DNA of 63,939 bases from an uncultured virus (IMG/VR IMGVR_UViG_2061766007_000696) (IMGVR_UViG_2061766007_000696); one strand, 5' to 3'. Counted from the first letter of the stretch, positions 45,777 to 56,829 are shown. Made by a program: numbers and translations. The notes: generated by a model not told the origin, from the sequence alone.

Positions 45777-46540
45777 ATATTTCATGCTTGTCCATCCTTC
45801 AAAATGACCAAAACCATTCTGAATCATATCTATATAAATAACAGAACCAAGTTTTAAATCTCCCATATCTATACTTGAAGCAGAGGATTCATTACGGATA
45901 TTTAGAGTATTAGCGGTAACTTTCTTAAATCCAGTAGTTGGGGATATAGGATTTTTTAAATCTTTTGAATCAATATAAGCAATATCAAGATCAACATTTC
46001 CCTGTATTCCAGGAACTTTTCCTTTACTAGAATATTGCCAAGCATCAGCATAACCTTTTGGATTTAAACCATCTACTATAGAACCATTATCATTTTTAGG
46101 ATATCTCGCAATCCAAAATGAAAATTGTTTTTTTAAATAAATACTATCCAAAACATTATAATACCAATCTTTATTACTATAAATTCCTACCTTATATCCA
46201 ACCTTACGAAATATATCAGCCTCAATTTCAACTATTCTTGTAATATTATTTTTACCAATATTACGTAATGTAGCTGATTCAAGATCAANNNNNNNNNNNN
46301 NNNNNNNNNNNNNNNNNNNNTCTTTAGCATCTTTTTCAGGATTTTCAATATTTTTAGAACCGAAAAAATCATAAACACCTAATTCAATATTATTAGCTTT
46401 ACAACCTTGATAATTTTTTTCAAAATATTCATCAGGTTTATGATTTGTTTCATACATAGCTTTTAAAATAGCAAAAGATTTACCTTCATCTTNNNNNNNN
46501 NNNNNNNNNNNNNNNNNNNNNNNNNNNNNNNNNNNNNNNN
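45762..46540 (-). CDS. GH25 muramidase endolysin with C-terminal SH3b-like domain (start in gap)
   Basis: FAILKA...GVYDF...DLE...GIYSN...FWIARY...WQYSSKGKVPGIQGNVDLD; VTANTLNIR...GW. Confidence 0.9.
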
Positions 46541-46559
46541 NNNNNNNNNNNNNNNNNNN

Positions 46560-46719
46560 NNNNNNNNNNNNNNNNNNNNNNNNNNNNNNNNNNTGTAAAA
46601 TTTGCCTTACCATCATTTATAAAAATAAAAAAACTACCTTGTCTAGGTAGTTCTGTAAAACCAAGAGAACGAAGTTGAATAGCAGTTTCTTCATCTTGTG
46701 TCTGTATAAAATTTTTCAT
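46560..46719 (-). CDS. Small hypothetical protein (end in gap)
   Basis: MKNFIQTQDEETAIQLRSLGFTEL...FIND. Confidence 0.55.
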
Positions 46720-48316
46720 TTATTTNNNNNNNNNNNNNNNNNNNNNNNNNNNNNNNNNNNNNNNNNNNNNNNNNNNNTACTTGTCCTTTTTCATCCCCAT
46801 TTGTTGTAGTATATGAGGATTGTAAAGGATATATCATAATATTTTGTAAACCAAGTGCCTCAGTTTCAAACTTAAGAGCTGACATTGTTTGCCTTTCAGA
46901 AAAACCTAAAAGAGTTCCATAAGCAAGTCTATAAGTAAATCCATATTGATTAGCTTCTAAAAGATTTTTTCTATAATCCTCTTTAGTATAAATAGTCACA
47001 GGAATATAGGTAACTCTAGCATTATTGCTTAATTCAAGAGATAACTGTAAATTAGTCCATGCCTCAACTTGTTCAAGAACACCACTTAAAGCATATGATG
47101 ATTCTGCACGTAAAGCATTTTTAATAAGCTCTGTATTATTAATTGCTTTATTTGCATTAATAAGAGCACCCATACCAGACATTCCACCAAGTATTTGCTG
47201 TTGCGAATTTTCAACACGATTTACATCTTCAGAAACATTATCCGAAAAATCAATAGTTTCAAGTTTATCACCAGGAATAACCGCACTAGAAACACCATCT
47301 GGAATAGCTGTATCAGCTGCAATCTTAAAATAATCTATTGCTAAATCTGGTGTAATTTCAAAATCATCTGCATTTTTAGCACTATTAAGAGTTTTAAGAG
47401 GTAAATAAATAAGCTTATAAAAGCTTACATCATCTGCTAGTGCTTGAGAATCTACTAAATCATTAAGATTAGCTAATTGACTTAGATAGGGCAGAAGAGG
47501 AGGAATAATGCTATCATAAGAATTAACTCTCTTTTTTATAACAAAACTATATTCAGCAGGTACATGAACATATTTTATTCCAGAACTTTCGTATTCCCGA
47601 TACATGGATATAAGAGGTTCGCCTAAAAATTCAATAATTTGTTGTCTTGTTTGACTTCTCCATTTTGTCATATCTAAAGCTTCCGAAAATACAAAACCAT
47701 TTGATGTTTCGTAAATGCCATCAATTACAGCCTCACTCGGATCAATAGGATAGAAAAAAGCCCCAAAATCATCTTTGAAATACAAATTAAACGAAACGTC
47801 ACACAACCACATATTAGTTAATGGGCCTTTTATATTATTTTGCAAACTAAGAATATCTAAATATTCTAAAGTGTCATTAAAAGATTTTAATGCTTTATTA
47901 GTATCTAGTCCTTTTACGAAATCATATTCAGGCTCAATTATTCTACAGTCAAAACAATACATACTTGCATATTTATCAATAATCTGAGCATATATAGGAG
48001 ATCTAAAATATAAATATTTACTCGCCATTATCAAATTTTGGGCATTAGAATAAATATTTCCTGTTAAATAACCACGTATAGTTTCTTTTGTAGTTGTAGT
48101 TAAATTTGGAGTAGCTACATTTTTAGATAAATCTCTAAGTGCTCTCATTACTTTATCTTCAGAAGCATTGGCAAAATTTTGTTTTTGCTTTTCTTCTTCA
48201 AGTTTATATTGTTCTCTAATAGCAGCAACACTCTGATTAGGTCTTCCGACCTCACCTTTTACTGTTGTAACTTTTTCTTTTGAAGCACTGGTAGTGCTCG
48301 TTTTAGTTCGTGCCAT
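46720..48316 (-). CDS. Portal protein (YonE-like)
   Basis: ~530 aa between terminase and protease; SKYLYFRSPIY, PLQSSYT C-terminal motif; start MARTKT with GAGGTG; end approximate. Confidence 0.75.
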
Positions 48317-48597
48317 ACGCAGCACCTCTCTTTCTTTATTTTGGGGCAATATAGTCTGCCCCTTGACTTCTCGTATAGTATTGGCTATGGTACTATACAC
48401 CCACGCACCTATTCTTGGAATACGTCCTCACACTTTCCTTGCCATCAGTAAATGTCTATATAATCGTCCTACTCATTTATTAGGCGCAACGACCTTTGCG
48501 CAGTTGTGTTATCTCCCAATTTAACGCTGGAGCGTAAGGTTGCTTGGATTACCACGTAACTATCCGTTTTTAAGGGTTTTCGGATTCTCCCAATATA

Positions 48598-49190
48598 TTA
48601 TGGTTTCCAATGATTTTTTACATTATCAGCAGCAATATCAGAATCCATTTGATGAGCTTCTTCATCTGAAATTACTGGAAAAGTCATAACATATTCATAA
48701 TTCTTTTTTGTCTGTCCATTACCACCTAATTGAACATAGGGTTCATATAAACTATCTAATATTGCTTTTTCTGATAATGTTATATACTTACGAGCTTTAA
48801 TAATATCTGTTATGTAAATCAATTCAAAATGAGTGAGTCCAAGTAATCCAGTAGAAAAAACATCTTGTCCTTGTGCAATTTTGTCCAAAGCATCAGCAAC
48901 TTTAGAATTTTCATTTCTTAATTGTTCTAATGATTTATATAATTTTTCAAAATTTTCTTGATAATCTTTAGAAATACTAGCAATAGCCTCTTTATGTATC
49001 TCAAAATGTTCGTTGCCAGCTTCTTCACGTTGTTTAATACTTTCCTGTAATTCCTTACGTAAACATTCTAATTTATCTTCTTTTGCTTCTTTTTCTTTTG
49101 TATCTTTTCTAGTAATAAAAAACTGAATAAGAAATTGTACAAAAGATAAAAATGCACCNNNNNNNNNNNNNNNNNNNNNNNNNNNNNNNN
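48598..49190 (-). CDS. Membrane-anchored coiled-coil protein, holin-like (start in gap)
   Basis: Frame extends upstream to GAFLSFVQFLIQFFITRKD; C-terminal LYEPYVQLGGNG. Confidence 0.6.
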
Positions 49191-49226
49191 NNNNNNNNNA
49201 AAAGCGGATAGAAAATCCGCATGATG

Positions 49227-51261
49227 CTATTTTTTAATTAGTTTTGATGGGCGAATTTGAGATGTAAGTTTATCAAGAAGAGTATTATGAGAAACTTTAG
49301 GACGAGTCATAATTAGTTTTCGTCGTTCCTCGGCTAACGCGAATCCCATAAGCGCGGCAGTATAGGCACGATCATCATGCATTTTATTAGCTTTTTCAGC
49401 TACTAATTCAAAAGAATCTTTACCAGATTCTCTTTTTTTACGAACCATATTAACAAGTTCCTCTTTTAAAGCATCAATGTTATTTAATGCTAACTCATCC
49501 TGCCAATCTNNNNNNNNNNACTGACTGAATCTTACTCAATTCTTCTTTTATAGTTTCTTCTAATATTTCTTTTGGAAGATTCTTTTTTTTATATTTATCT
49601 TCAATACGCTTACGTTCTTTTTTTAATAATTCCTCATCTATATCAAATACAGTTAAATATCCTTTATTATCATAAGAGGATGTAAAGCTGATTTTATCTA
49701 AATTAAGCATTTCGATTAAAGATTCATACATTATAGATTTATATGCTGTTGGGGTCATTAAATGCACCTTATCAATAGCATTAGGAAATTCTTTAACATA
49801 ATCCTCAGAAAAAACTTTATCAATTAGTCCTCTATGAGTTATACCAGCTTTATCTGTCCAATCAGGCATAAGATAATCAGCAATATTTACACCACCACCA
49901 CCTGAACCAGCATCAATCCAAATACCAACAATATTTCCATAATTATCAGCACCACCGTTATAATCAAGAATAAGTTGTTTTAAATATTCAATCTGTTCAG
50001 GGGTTCTCATGGGACTTTTTATTTTTCTCCCAACATCAATAAGGTTGACACCATTAACTATTCTTGCTTTTTTATCAATAGTTCCATCAGGTAATATTTC
50101 ATCATAAAATTCTGCTACGAGAATAAATGAATTATCTCTTTGTCTTGCTGGATCATAAAATAATCCAAATTTTTTATCACCTGTGTCATTATATAAAAGA
50201 GGTTTTCTTACTTCCTCATTCCTAGTAATAACACCACGTTTTACAATAGCATCACTACCAGCCTCAGTTGTAAAAATACAATAATATTCTCTTCGAGCTT
50301 TTTCGGGATTTGTTCTCATTTCAGATTCTACAGTTGAACGAGATAAAAGAGGAGTAATAAGTTCTCCTTTAAGAGTAGGTTTAAAAGCTAATTCACAATC
50401 AATATGAAGAACACAATAATCTGGATCGCCCATTAATTGCCTTTTAGCAAAATCTCTATATAATGCATAAAATTTTGTATCAGTACTACTTGCAGAACTA
50501 ATATAAAATTTTTGATTAGGAATTTCTGTAGCAAATGTTCTTTGTCTAATAGGGTCAATAGAATGGCCATTAGCATCTTTACCAGTTTTTAGACTTTTAT
50601 TTACAATTGCAAAAGCAGAATATACATTCATCATTTCTTCTGAAAGGAATCCACTTTCGTCAAAAATAACAGAACCACGAGCGCCGCGTTTGCGATCTAT
50701 ATTACTATTGAGCGTCTGACAGAAAGACCCATTATAAGTAGAAAATTTAAAGCCATTAGAACTATGGCTAAATCCATCACCAACAGCATTATTTATTACA
50801 ATTTCATCTTTAAACAATTTACCAGTAGAACCTGCAAATGTATCAATATTATCATTTGCAATTTTTTCTAAAGTCATAAAAGTTTGTTCTGCTTGTGAAC
50901 CACTTCCACTAGCAATATAAGCCCAATAATTACAAAATAAACTTTCTTTACTCATTAGTTCAATATCAATAACAGTACTTTTTCCCCAACCACGAGTTGC
51001 TACTATAAGTACATTTGGACAAATCCAAGAACGCTGAATAGCTAAAGTCTGAGAATCAAGAAGTTCAATATTATACATTAAATCAATCCATTTTAAAGGA
51101 TTACATTGAAAATATCGTTGCATTTCAGAAATAGCTAAAAGAGATTCTATTTTTTTATTAGACATAGGATAATTAATAGGTTTTACAAAAATACCATAAT
51201 CATGATAAAAATCTTTATCATATGGTAAATCCATATCATTCGGTAGAAGAATCTGACTCAT
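49227..51261 (-). CDS. Terminase large subunit (YonF-like)
   Basis: Walker A ATRGWGKST, Walker B VIFDESG, ISSA motif, nuclease YDPAR...IDAGSGGGG...HDDRAYT; two ORFs joined over 10-N gap. Confidence 0.92.
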
Positions 51262-52492
51262 TTTCGTCATTTTCCTCACTTTCAATATCACCAAATATAG
51301 AATATATATCTTTTAAATTTTCATATTCTACATCTGGTTTAATATCTTTTTCCTCAAGAAAATCTTTTAAATCAAGATTTTCGCGTAATAATATCCTATT
51401 AATTTCTTTATATTGATCTCTTTCTTTTCTAATTCTTTGATTATCTACACGCATTTCAGCTACCATATCTGACCATTCAGATTCATCAAGTGCAAGTTGT
51501 TTCATTATCGAGGCATCACTAATTTCTTGAACTTGTTGCATACCTCGACATGTTGCAATATCAAAACCATTTACTTGAGAATTTCTTAAATTTAAGTCTC
51601 TGATTCGTTTAATTTTACCAGTCCAGGTATTTTCACCTTTAATAGAATGTTTACTATTTTTTAGAGACAAACAACTTTCGGCTGCTAAATCTCTTATAGT
51701 ATGCATAATATCTGATTTACTAGATTGTAATGATTTGATAGTTGCAGAATTTTTTTCAAGTTTAGTTAAATCCCCCATTAAAGATGCAATAGTATCATCT
51801 ATTTTAGAGGCTTGTAAAAATCCTCTTGCAATACTAATAGCAGAGGAAGTACGAATCATATCTTCATTAGCCTCCTCACTTGAATCTAATAATGCAAGTA
51901 ATTGTGCATATAAAAAAGGCTGGTCAGATAATGACTCTCTTTCAAATGGATCATAATTTAATAATCTAATAACATCTGCTTTATTTTTTAAATAACTATC
52001 ATAACTATCTTGTCCCTGATGTGAATCAATAATATCTTGTTCCGTTAATTCATCATCATATATAATTTTTTCTTTATACATATCAGAATCCAAAAAAGTC
52101 ATACCAACATATTGAATCATTTGAATATTTTTTATATAACAAGCCCAAACACTATTTTGAGGTTTTCCAGTTACTAAANNNNNNNNNNNNGCATTCCAAA
52201 CAGTATTTAAAAAAGGTTTATCTAATAATTTTAATGCAGCTATTACACTATCTTTTGTAGGTTCATGATCCTCACCATTTTTATCTCTACGACATGCTAT
52301 TGATTTTGCACAATCTCTACAAATACGTGAAAAACTACTACCACCTAACATCGGATTAGTGTCATAATAAAATTTAGAATCTTGATCTTTTACTTTCCCA
52401 CACATTGCACATCTACAACCTGTATCAAGTATTTTATGTAATTGTTCATTTTCTTTTCTTGTTTCGGCTATTGGCTGCTTTTTTGCAGTCAT
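51236..52492 (-). CDS. Zinc-finger protein upstream of terminase (YonG position, possible small subunit)
   Basis: CAMCGK...ICRDC, LDKPF; overlaps TerL start; true start at or just upstream of 52492. Confidence 0.7.
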   Translation of the reverse strand: MTAKKQPIAETRKENEQLHKILDTGCRCAMCGKVKDQDSKFYYDTNPMLGGSSFSRICRDCAKSIACRRDKNGEDHEPTKDSVIAALKLLDKPFLNTVWNXXXXXLVTGKPQNSVWACYIKNIQMIQYVGMTFLDSDMYKEKIIYDDELTEQDIIDSHQGQDSYDSYLKNKADVIRLLNYDPFERESLSDQPFLYAQLLALLDSSEEANEDMIRTSSAISIARGFLQASKIDDTIASLMGDLTKLEKNSATIKSLQSSKSDIMHTIRDLAAESCLSLKNSKHSIKGENTWTGKIKRIRDLNLRNSQVNGFDIATCRGMQQVQEISDASIMKQLALDESEWSDMVAEMRVDNQRIRKERDQYKEINRILLRENLDLKDFLEEKDIKPDVEYENLKDIYSIFGDIESEENDENESDSSTE

Positions 52493-52544
52493 TTTTTTTN
52501 NNNNNNNNNNNNNNNNNNNNNNNNNNNNNNNNATCAAAAAATAA

Positions 52545-52620
52545 TAGCAGTTCAAGGAGTCGAACCTTGTATCACAAAGGGTATGAACCTTGTATGGTAA
52601 TTCCGTTCCACTCAACTGCG
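52545..52620 (-). tRNA. tRNA with CAT anticodon (Met/fMet/Ile2 unresolved), slightly irregular
   Basis: GCAGTT/AACTGC acceptor, AAGG-TTCATAC-CCTT anticodon arm, CAAGG-TTCGACT-CCTTG T arm; no encoded CCA. Confidence 0.75.
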
Positions 52621-52626
52621 ATATAA

Positions 52627-52707
52627 CGGGGAAGCTGTGATTTGAACACAGGCTATATTGACATGCGTTAACAGCGCACCGCTCTAACCGAACTGAGCTA
52701 CATCCCC
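52627..52707 (-). tRNA. tRNA-Asn(GTT) with enlarged variable region
   Basis: GGGGATG/CTTCCCC, GCTC-AGTTCGGTTA-GAGC, GTGCG-CTGTTAA-CGCAT, CTGTG-TTCAAAT-CACAG. Confidence 0.85.
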
Positions 52708-52908
52708 TCATTTTTTCCATATCCTCGAAATCTGCGAGTCTGTTGGAGGTACGCATTTAGGTCTATGGCTAATAGTTGCCCAAATTTCACTTAGTACCAC
52801 ATATAGAAAAAAGACTATTCTCTATTAATCTATAAAGTGCGCACTTTACAAACTAACATTTGTTATGCGTCCATAACATGAATGCGGAATAATAGACATT
52901 CATTTCAA

Positions 52909-52979
52909 AGCTTCTCACAGGACTCGAACCTGCAACCCTCTGATTACAATCAGATGCACAACCAATTGTGCTAAGAAGC
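52909..52979 (-). tRNA. tRNA-Thr(TGT)-like, anticodon loop one base short (possible pseudo-tRNA)
   Basis: GCAC-AATTGGTT-GTGC, TCTGA-TTGTAA-TCAGA, GCAGG-TTCGAGT-CCTGT. Confidence 0.7.
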
Positions 52980-53037
52980 ATATGCGTCCTTCGACGCATC
53001 CTCGTATATTTTATGTGGTTCGACGAGCATCCACTAA

Positions 53038-53085
53038 AAGCCTTGTGCGGATTCGAGCCGCATTACAAACCATCTCTGCAAGGCT
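53038..53085 (-). ncRNA. tRNA-like minihelix: acceptor stem + T arm only
   Basis: AGCCTTG-16 nt-TGCGG-CTCGAAT-CCGCA-CAAGGCT-T. Confidence 0.6.
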
Positions 53086-53277
53086 ATATTAGGCGCACGT
53101 TACGCCTAAAAATCTAAAACTCTATTCGTCAATAGAGGACTAGGGTTATCCCCTAAAATTTATGGAGTTATTCCCCTTATTACCTCCGACCCCTTATTAT
53201 GGGAGGGCACTGTTATTAAATTAGTAAAACATTGTCGTCACCTCTCGGCTCAAATATCACGTTACTATGCTTTCTTG

Positions 53278-54483
53278 TTAATTTAATATAATTTTATAAC
53301 TTTCAGTATGACCATATAATTCATCAAATCCATATATTTTAACCGCAGCTTTATTACCTTTGAATAAAGAATCAGAATATGGATCAGATCCACAAAAAGA
53401 TGGGCTTACTAATACTTCCGTATCTACAGTACAACATTCATTATTTGGGATTTCTTGTCCAGAATGTAAATGACCAAGAAGAAGATAATCAACTTGTCTT
53501 CCTAGCCAAGAATTAACATCTTTAAGAGCATTTTTATAATCTTTTATTTCATGTCCATGCATTGCTATAATATTATTAAATGGAATATCTATACATACAT
53601 ACTTTTCATTATCATTTGCTAAATGAATTTTTACACGATCATTATTAATAAGTAAATCTTGTATATAATGACTAATTATATATTCTAAATCTTCCGCACC
53701 TAGTTCATTAGCTTTTGCACCAAGAACTCTAACCTGTGTATGATTTGCATAAGGTATATGATAATATTCAACATTCACAAAAGCCGAAATTTCATTTAAA
53801 AATCTAGAAATAAGATGACTAATTTCTACTACGCATTTAACAATAGTAGTATCATTTATTTTTAAATCTGATAAACGTAATATATTTTGAATATCATCAC
53901 CTAAAGAAACAATGGTTAGTTCATTGATTTGATGCTTATTTACAAAATTTTCAATTTCCCCAACAAGAAATTCTAATCTTTGTTTACATATATCTCTTGA
54001 ATATTCATTGTTTTGAGAAATGAATTCCGCTCCATAATGAATATCAGCAATAGTTAATATATAATGCATTTCACTATTTTCATTAAATAATAATGGTTGG
54101 AATTCAGGCCACGGAAGAGCTTTAATACAATCACTTACTTGTTCATAAAACAAAGTTTGTCTAGCTTCTGCCCGATCTAATCTGTTACGTTCTGTATTAA
54201 GAGTTTGTAACTTTATTTTTTCTTTACGAATTTGTTCAAGTTTTAAATCAAGATTATCTAAAGGTTGTTTTTCTTTATAATATTCAGCAACTGCGTATCC
54301 TCCGAAAAGAGTTCCAGATGATTTCCTTAAAACATCTTTATTCCAGGGAAGATTATATTTTTCTTTTATTTCTTCCCATTCAATATCTTTTAATCCGTTT
54401 AACTTATCACAAATATCTGAAAGGCATTTACCATATTGTTCTCTTGTTAACCCAATTTTTTCTAGTTCTTTTTCAAGATTCAT
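53278..54483 (-). CDS. Calcineurin-like metallophosphoesterase (YonJ position)
   Basis: ADIHYG, LGDD, ANH, MHGH, GHLH motifs. Confidence 0.88.
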   Translation of the reverse strand: MNLEKELEKIGLTREQYGKCLSDICDKLNGLKDIEWEEIKEKYNLPWNKDVLRKSSGTLFGGYAVAEYYKEKQPLDNLDLKLEQIRKEKIKLQTLNTERNRLDRAEARQTLFYEQVSDCIKALPWPEFQPLLFNENSEMHYILTIADIHYGAEFISQNNEYSRDICKQRLEFLVGEIENFVNKHQINELTIVSLGDDIQNILRLSDLKINDTTIVKCVVEISHLISRFLNEISAFVNVEYYHIPYANHTQVRVLGAKANELGAEDLEYIISHYIQDLLINNDRVKIHLANDNEKYVCIDIPFNNIIAMHGHEIKDYKNALKDVNSWLGRQVDYLLLGHLHSGQEIPNNECCTVDTEVLVSPSFCGSDPYSDSLFKGNKAAVKIYGFDELYGHTESYKIILN

Positions 54484-54589
54484 ACCTTTTTCTCCTAAAA
54501 ATAGGGCAGTGCCTTAGCACTGCCCGACAAAAACTAACAATAGTTTTGGATAATTACTACATTGTCCGTATAGGATCAACATAATAATT

Positions 54590-54781
54590 TTATTCTACAT
54601 TTATATCCTCATCAGCTTTGAGAGAAGTTGTTATATCAAAAGCATTAGAACCGTAAACCTGGCTTAATATAGATACTATATCTATAGCCTCGCCAGTTTC
54701 CTCATCCATCAACATCCCCTCATTGATGACAACATTTTTAAACGTACCTTTAAGAGTACGAGATTTTTTAAATTGTGCCAT
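54590..54781 (-). CDS. Small acidic protein (YonK-like)
   Basis: 63 aa, position upstream of phosphoesterase. Confidence 0.55.
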   Translation of the reverse strand: MAQFKKSRTLKGTFKNVVINEGMLMDEETGEAIDIVSILSQVYGSNAFDITTSLKADEDINVE

Positions 54782-55404
54782 TATTGTATATCCTCAAAAC
54801 TTTCTATAATTTTATCTGCAATACCATATTCAACGATTTCATCACCTGTTACATACCAATCTTTAGTTTTATTTTTATTAAAAAGTTTTTCATCAATTTT
54901 AGTATGAGAAAGAATATAATCTTTCATTTTACCAATCTGCTTTTTATAAGATTTCTGAGCTTCTTCAATTTGTTCAGCTGTACCGCCAAATTGTGCTGAT
55001 CCGCTATGAATTAAAATTTGAGTCTTTTTAAAAGCATATCTGCGCTTACCAGCTAAGAAAATAAGTAAACCAGCAGACATAGAAACCCCAGCAGATATTG
55101 TAACAATAGGAATTCTTGACATTTCGCAAATATCAATAAATGCATTTGCAGTATCTAAATCACCACCATAAGAAAAAACATATAAATATATTGGCTTTAA
55201 TTCATTTTCAGGAATATCTTTTTCTTCCATATTCATTTGAATAATAATTTTTCCAATTTCAAGAATATGATAATAATCTCCCTCAAGTTCAAAATCAATC
55301 CAAAAACATCTATTTTTCCTAAGATGCCAATATGTTAATTCATCTGGGTCAGGAAGAGTAAGATCTTTTATTTCTTGTGGTATTACAAATGTACTAATAT
55401 CCAT
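54781..55404 (-). CDS. clpP: ClpP-like serine protease
   Basis: PIYLYVFSYGG, MSAG (Ser), LIHS (His), DWY (Asp), YGIADKII. Confidence 0.9.
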   Translation of the reverse strand: MDISTFVIPQEIKDLTLPDPDELTYWHLRKNRCFWIDFELEGDYYHILEIGKIIIQMNMEEKDIPENELKPIYLYVFSYGGDLDTANAFIDICEMSRIPIVTISAGVSMSAGLLIFLAGKRRYAFKKTQILIHSGSAQFGGTAEQIEEAQKSYKKQIGKMKDYILSHTKIDEKLFNKNKTKDWYVTGDEIVEYGIADKIIESFEDIQ

Positions 55405-55416
55405 ACATTTCTCCTT

Positions 55417-55620
55417 TTATTCTACGCTTTTGTCTATTGGTTCATGTTTTGTCGCAACTGCCATATCCTCTGTAAATTTATCATTTACCTCAAATACAAA
55501 AACAGTTCTATCTTTATTTCCTTTATATGGTTTAATATCAACCATTCTGTTTCCCATTTTAAGAAGCTTTCTTGCTACATAAGGTGTAAAAATTTCTTTG
55601 CATTTAATTTGTGTTTCCAT
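55417..55620 (-). CDS. Hypothetical protein (DUF5659-like)
   Basis: VARKLLKMGN..VDIKP..NKDRTVFVF; AAGGAG RBS. Confidence 0.65.
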   Translation of the reverse strand: METQIKCKEIFTPYVARKLLKMGNRMVDIKPYKGNKDRTVFVFEVNDKFTEDMAVATKHEPIDKSVE

Positions 55621-55635
55621 TTAATATTCTCCTTT

Positions 55636-56826
55636 TTAATCTAATAATCCAGCAAACATTTTTGATGTTTCACTTCTAACGTCCTCATCAAGATATATAC
55701 ATCCAAAATGAGAATTTCCTTTAAATTTATTACACATCTGTACTAATGCATTATTTTCATTTGCATGTATTACAGCTTGTTTATAATCACCACTTAAAAA
55801 TATTCTTGAATCTTGTCCTAATCTTGTTCCAACTAAACGCAATTCTTTTCCTGTTAAATCTTCTGCCTCATCAACAACCATAACAGTTGAATTATAAGTA
55901 GTACCTTTCATGTATAAAGGAATATTTGCATCAATTATGCCCTGTTGTTTTAAACTCGCAAGTTCAAAAGCCCCACCATCTAATTGTTGCTCTATAGGTA
56001 AAAAGAAAGCATCAGTTTTAGATTCAAAATCACCGGGCAAAAAGCCTATTTCTTTTCCTTCTCCCATAGGCGATCTTACTCCAAGTATTGTTGACTGATT
56101 ACCTTTTTCTTTAACGGCATAAAGTGCCATACGAGTACAAAGATAGCTTTTACCAGACCCCATGCCACCAAGAACTGCACAAATACTGATGTTTGGGTTA
56201 TTTAACATATCAAGAGCACAACGTTGCAAAGCATTCTTAGCCTTTATATATCTTGAGTTAGGAAGTTTAAGATTAACAAATTTTTCTCCATCAAACCTCA
56301 TTTCAGATTCATTATCAACATCTGTATTATAAATAAGCAGATATTCATTGGTAACAAACTTAGACATATATTCACAACTTGAGAGAGCTTCATTTATTTC
56401 AGCAGTATTTCCTTTAAGAAGCTTATAACCTTTATATATCTTTTCATATATATCATCTGGATTATATACTTTTAAGCCAAATATATTTTTAGCTACAAGT
56501 CTGCAAGCAATATCTTCAGTAACAAATTCAATTTCATCTATTTTACTTGCAGCACAAGCACATATTTTATTATCAGGTGTCGGTTCTAATCCAAAAGAGG
56601 ATAGAAGAGTAGCTATTTTTTGATCATAAATAATCACACTATACTTATCCTCATTTTTAGCTAATAATTTCAAAATTTTCCGGCACCTATTCTTAACGTC
56701 TTCGTCTTTATTTCGTGAAACCTTTATATCCTCAAGTTCATTTAAAGAAATAGAAGATATATAGAAATGTTCATCAAATAACTTGTCTTGTAGATTTAAC
56801 AAGCTATTCGTATCATAAAATTTCAT
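55636..56826 (-). CDS. phoH: PIN-domain PhoH-family ATPase (PhoH2-like)
   Basis: FYDTN..ELE..PDNKI..TED PIN; GGMGSGKS, IGFLPG, KGTT, DEAE, TRLG, SGDYKQ, DVRS. Confidence 0.92.
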   Translation of the reverse strand: MKFYDTNSLLNLQDKLFDEHFYISSISLNELEDIKVSRNKDEDVKNRCRKILKLLAKNEDKYSVIIYDQKIATLLSSFGLEPTPDNKICACAASKIDEIEFVTEDIACRLVAKNIFGLKVYNPDDIYEKIYKGYKLLKGNTAEINEALSSCEYMSKFVTNEYLLIYNTDVDNESEMRFDGEKFVNLKLPNSRYIKAKNALQRCALDMLNNPNISICAVLGGMGSGKSYLCTRMALYAVKEKGNQSTILGVRSPMGEGKEIGFLPGDFESKTDAFFLPIEQQLDGGAFELASLKQQGIIDANIPLYMKGTTYNSTVMVVDEAEDLTGKELRLVGTRLGQDSRIFLSGDYKQAVIHANENNALVQMCNKFKGNSHFGCIYLDEDVRSETSKMFAGLLD

Positions 56827-56829
56827 ATA

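Noticed and set aside
48425..48455. CTGATGG...GAAA suggesting a hammerhead ribozyme
   Set aside because: Core is CUGAUGG not CUGANGA, and I could not build stems II and III
52493..52756. N-terminal extension of ORF 51236-52756
   Set aside because: Overlaps two tRNA genes and crosses an N gap; not real coding sequence
53013..53042. preQ1-I-like string GTGGTTCG...CCACTAAAAG on plus strand
   Set aside because: Antisense to local transcription, short A tail and no downstream gene; better explained as the minus-strand pseudoknot
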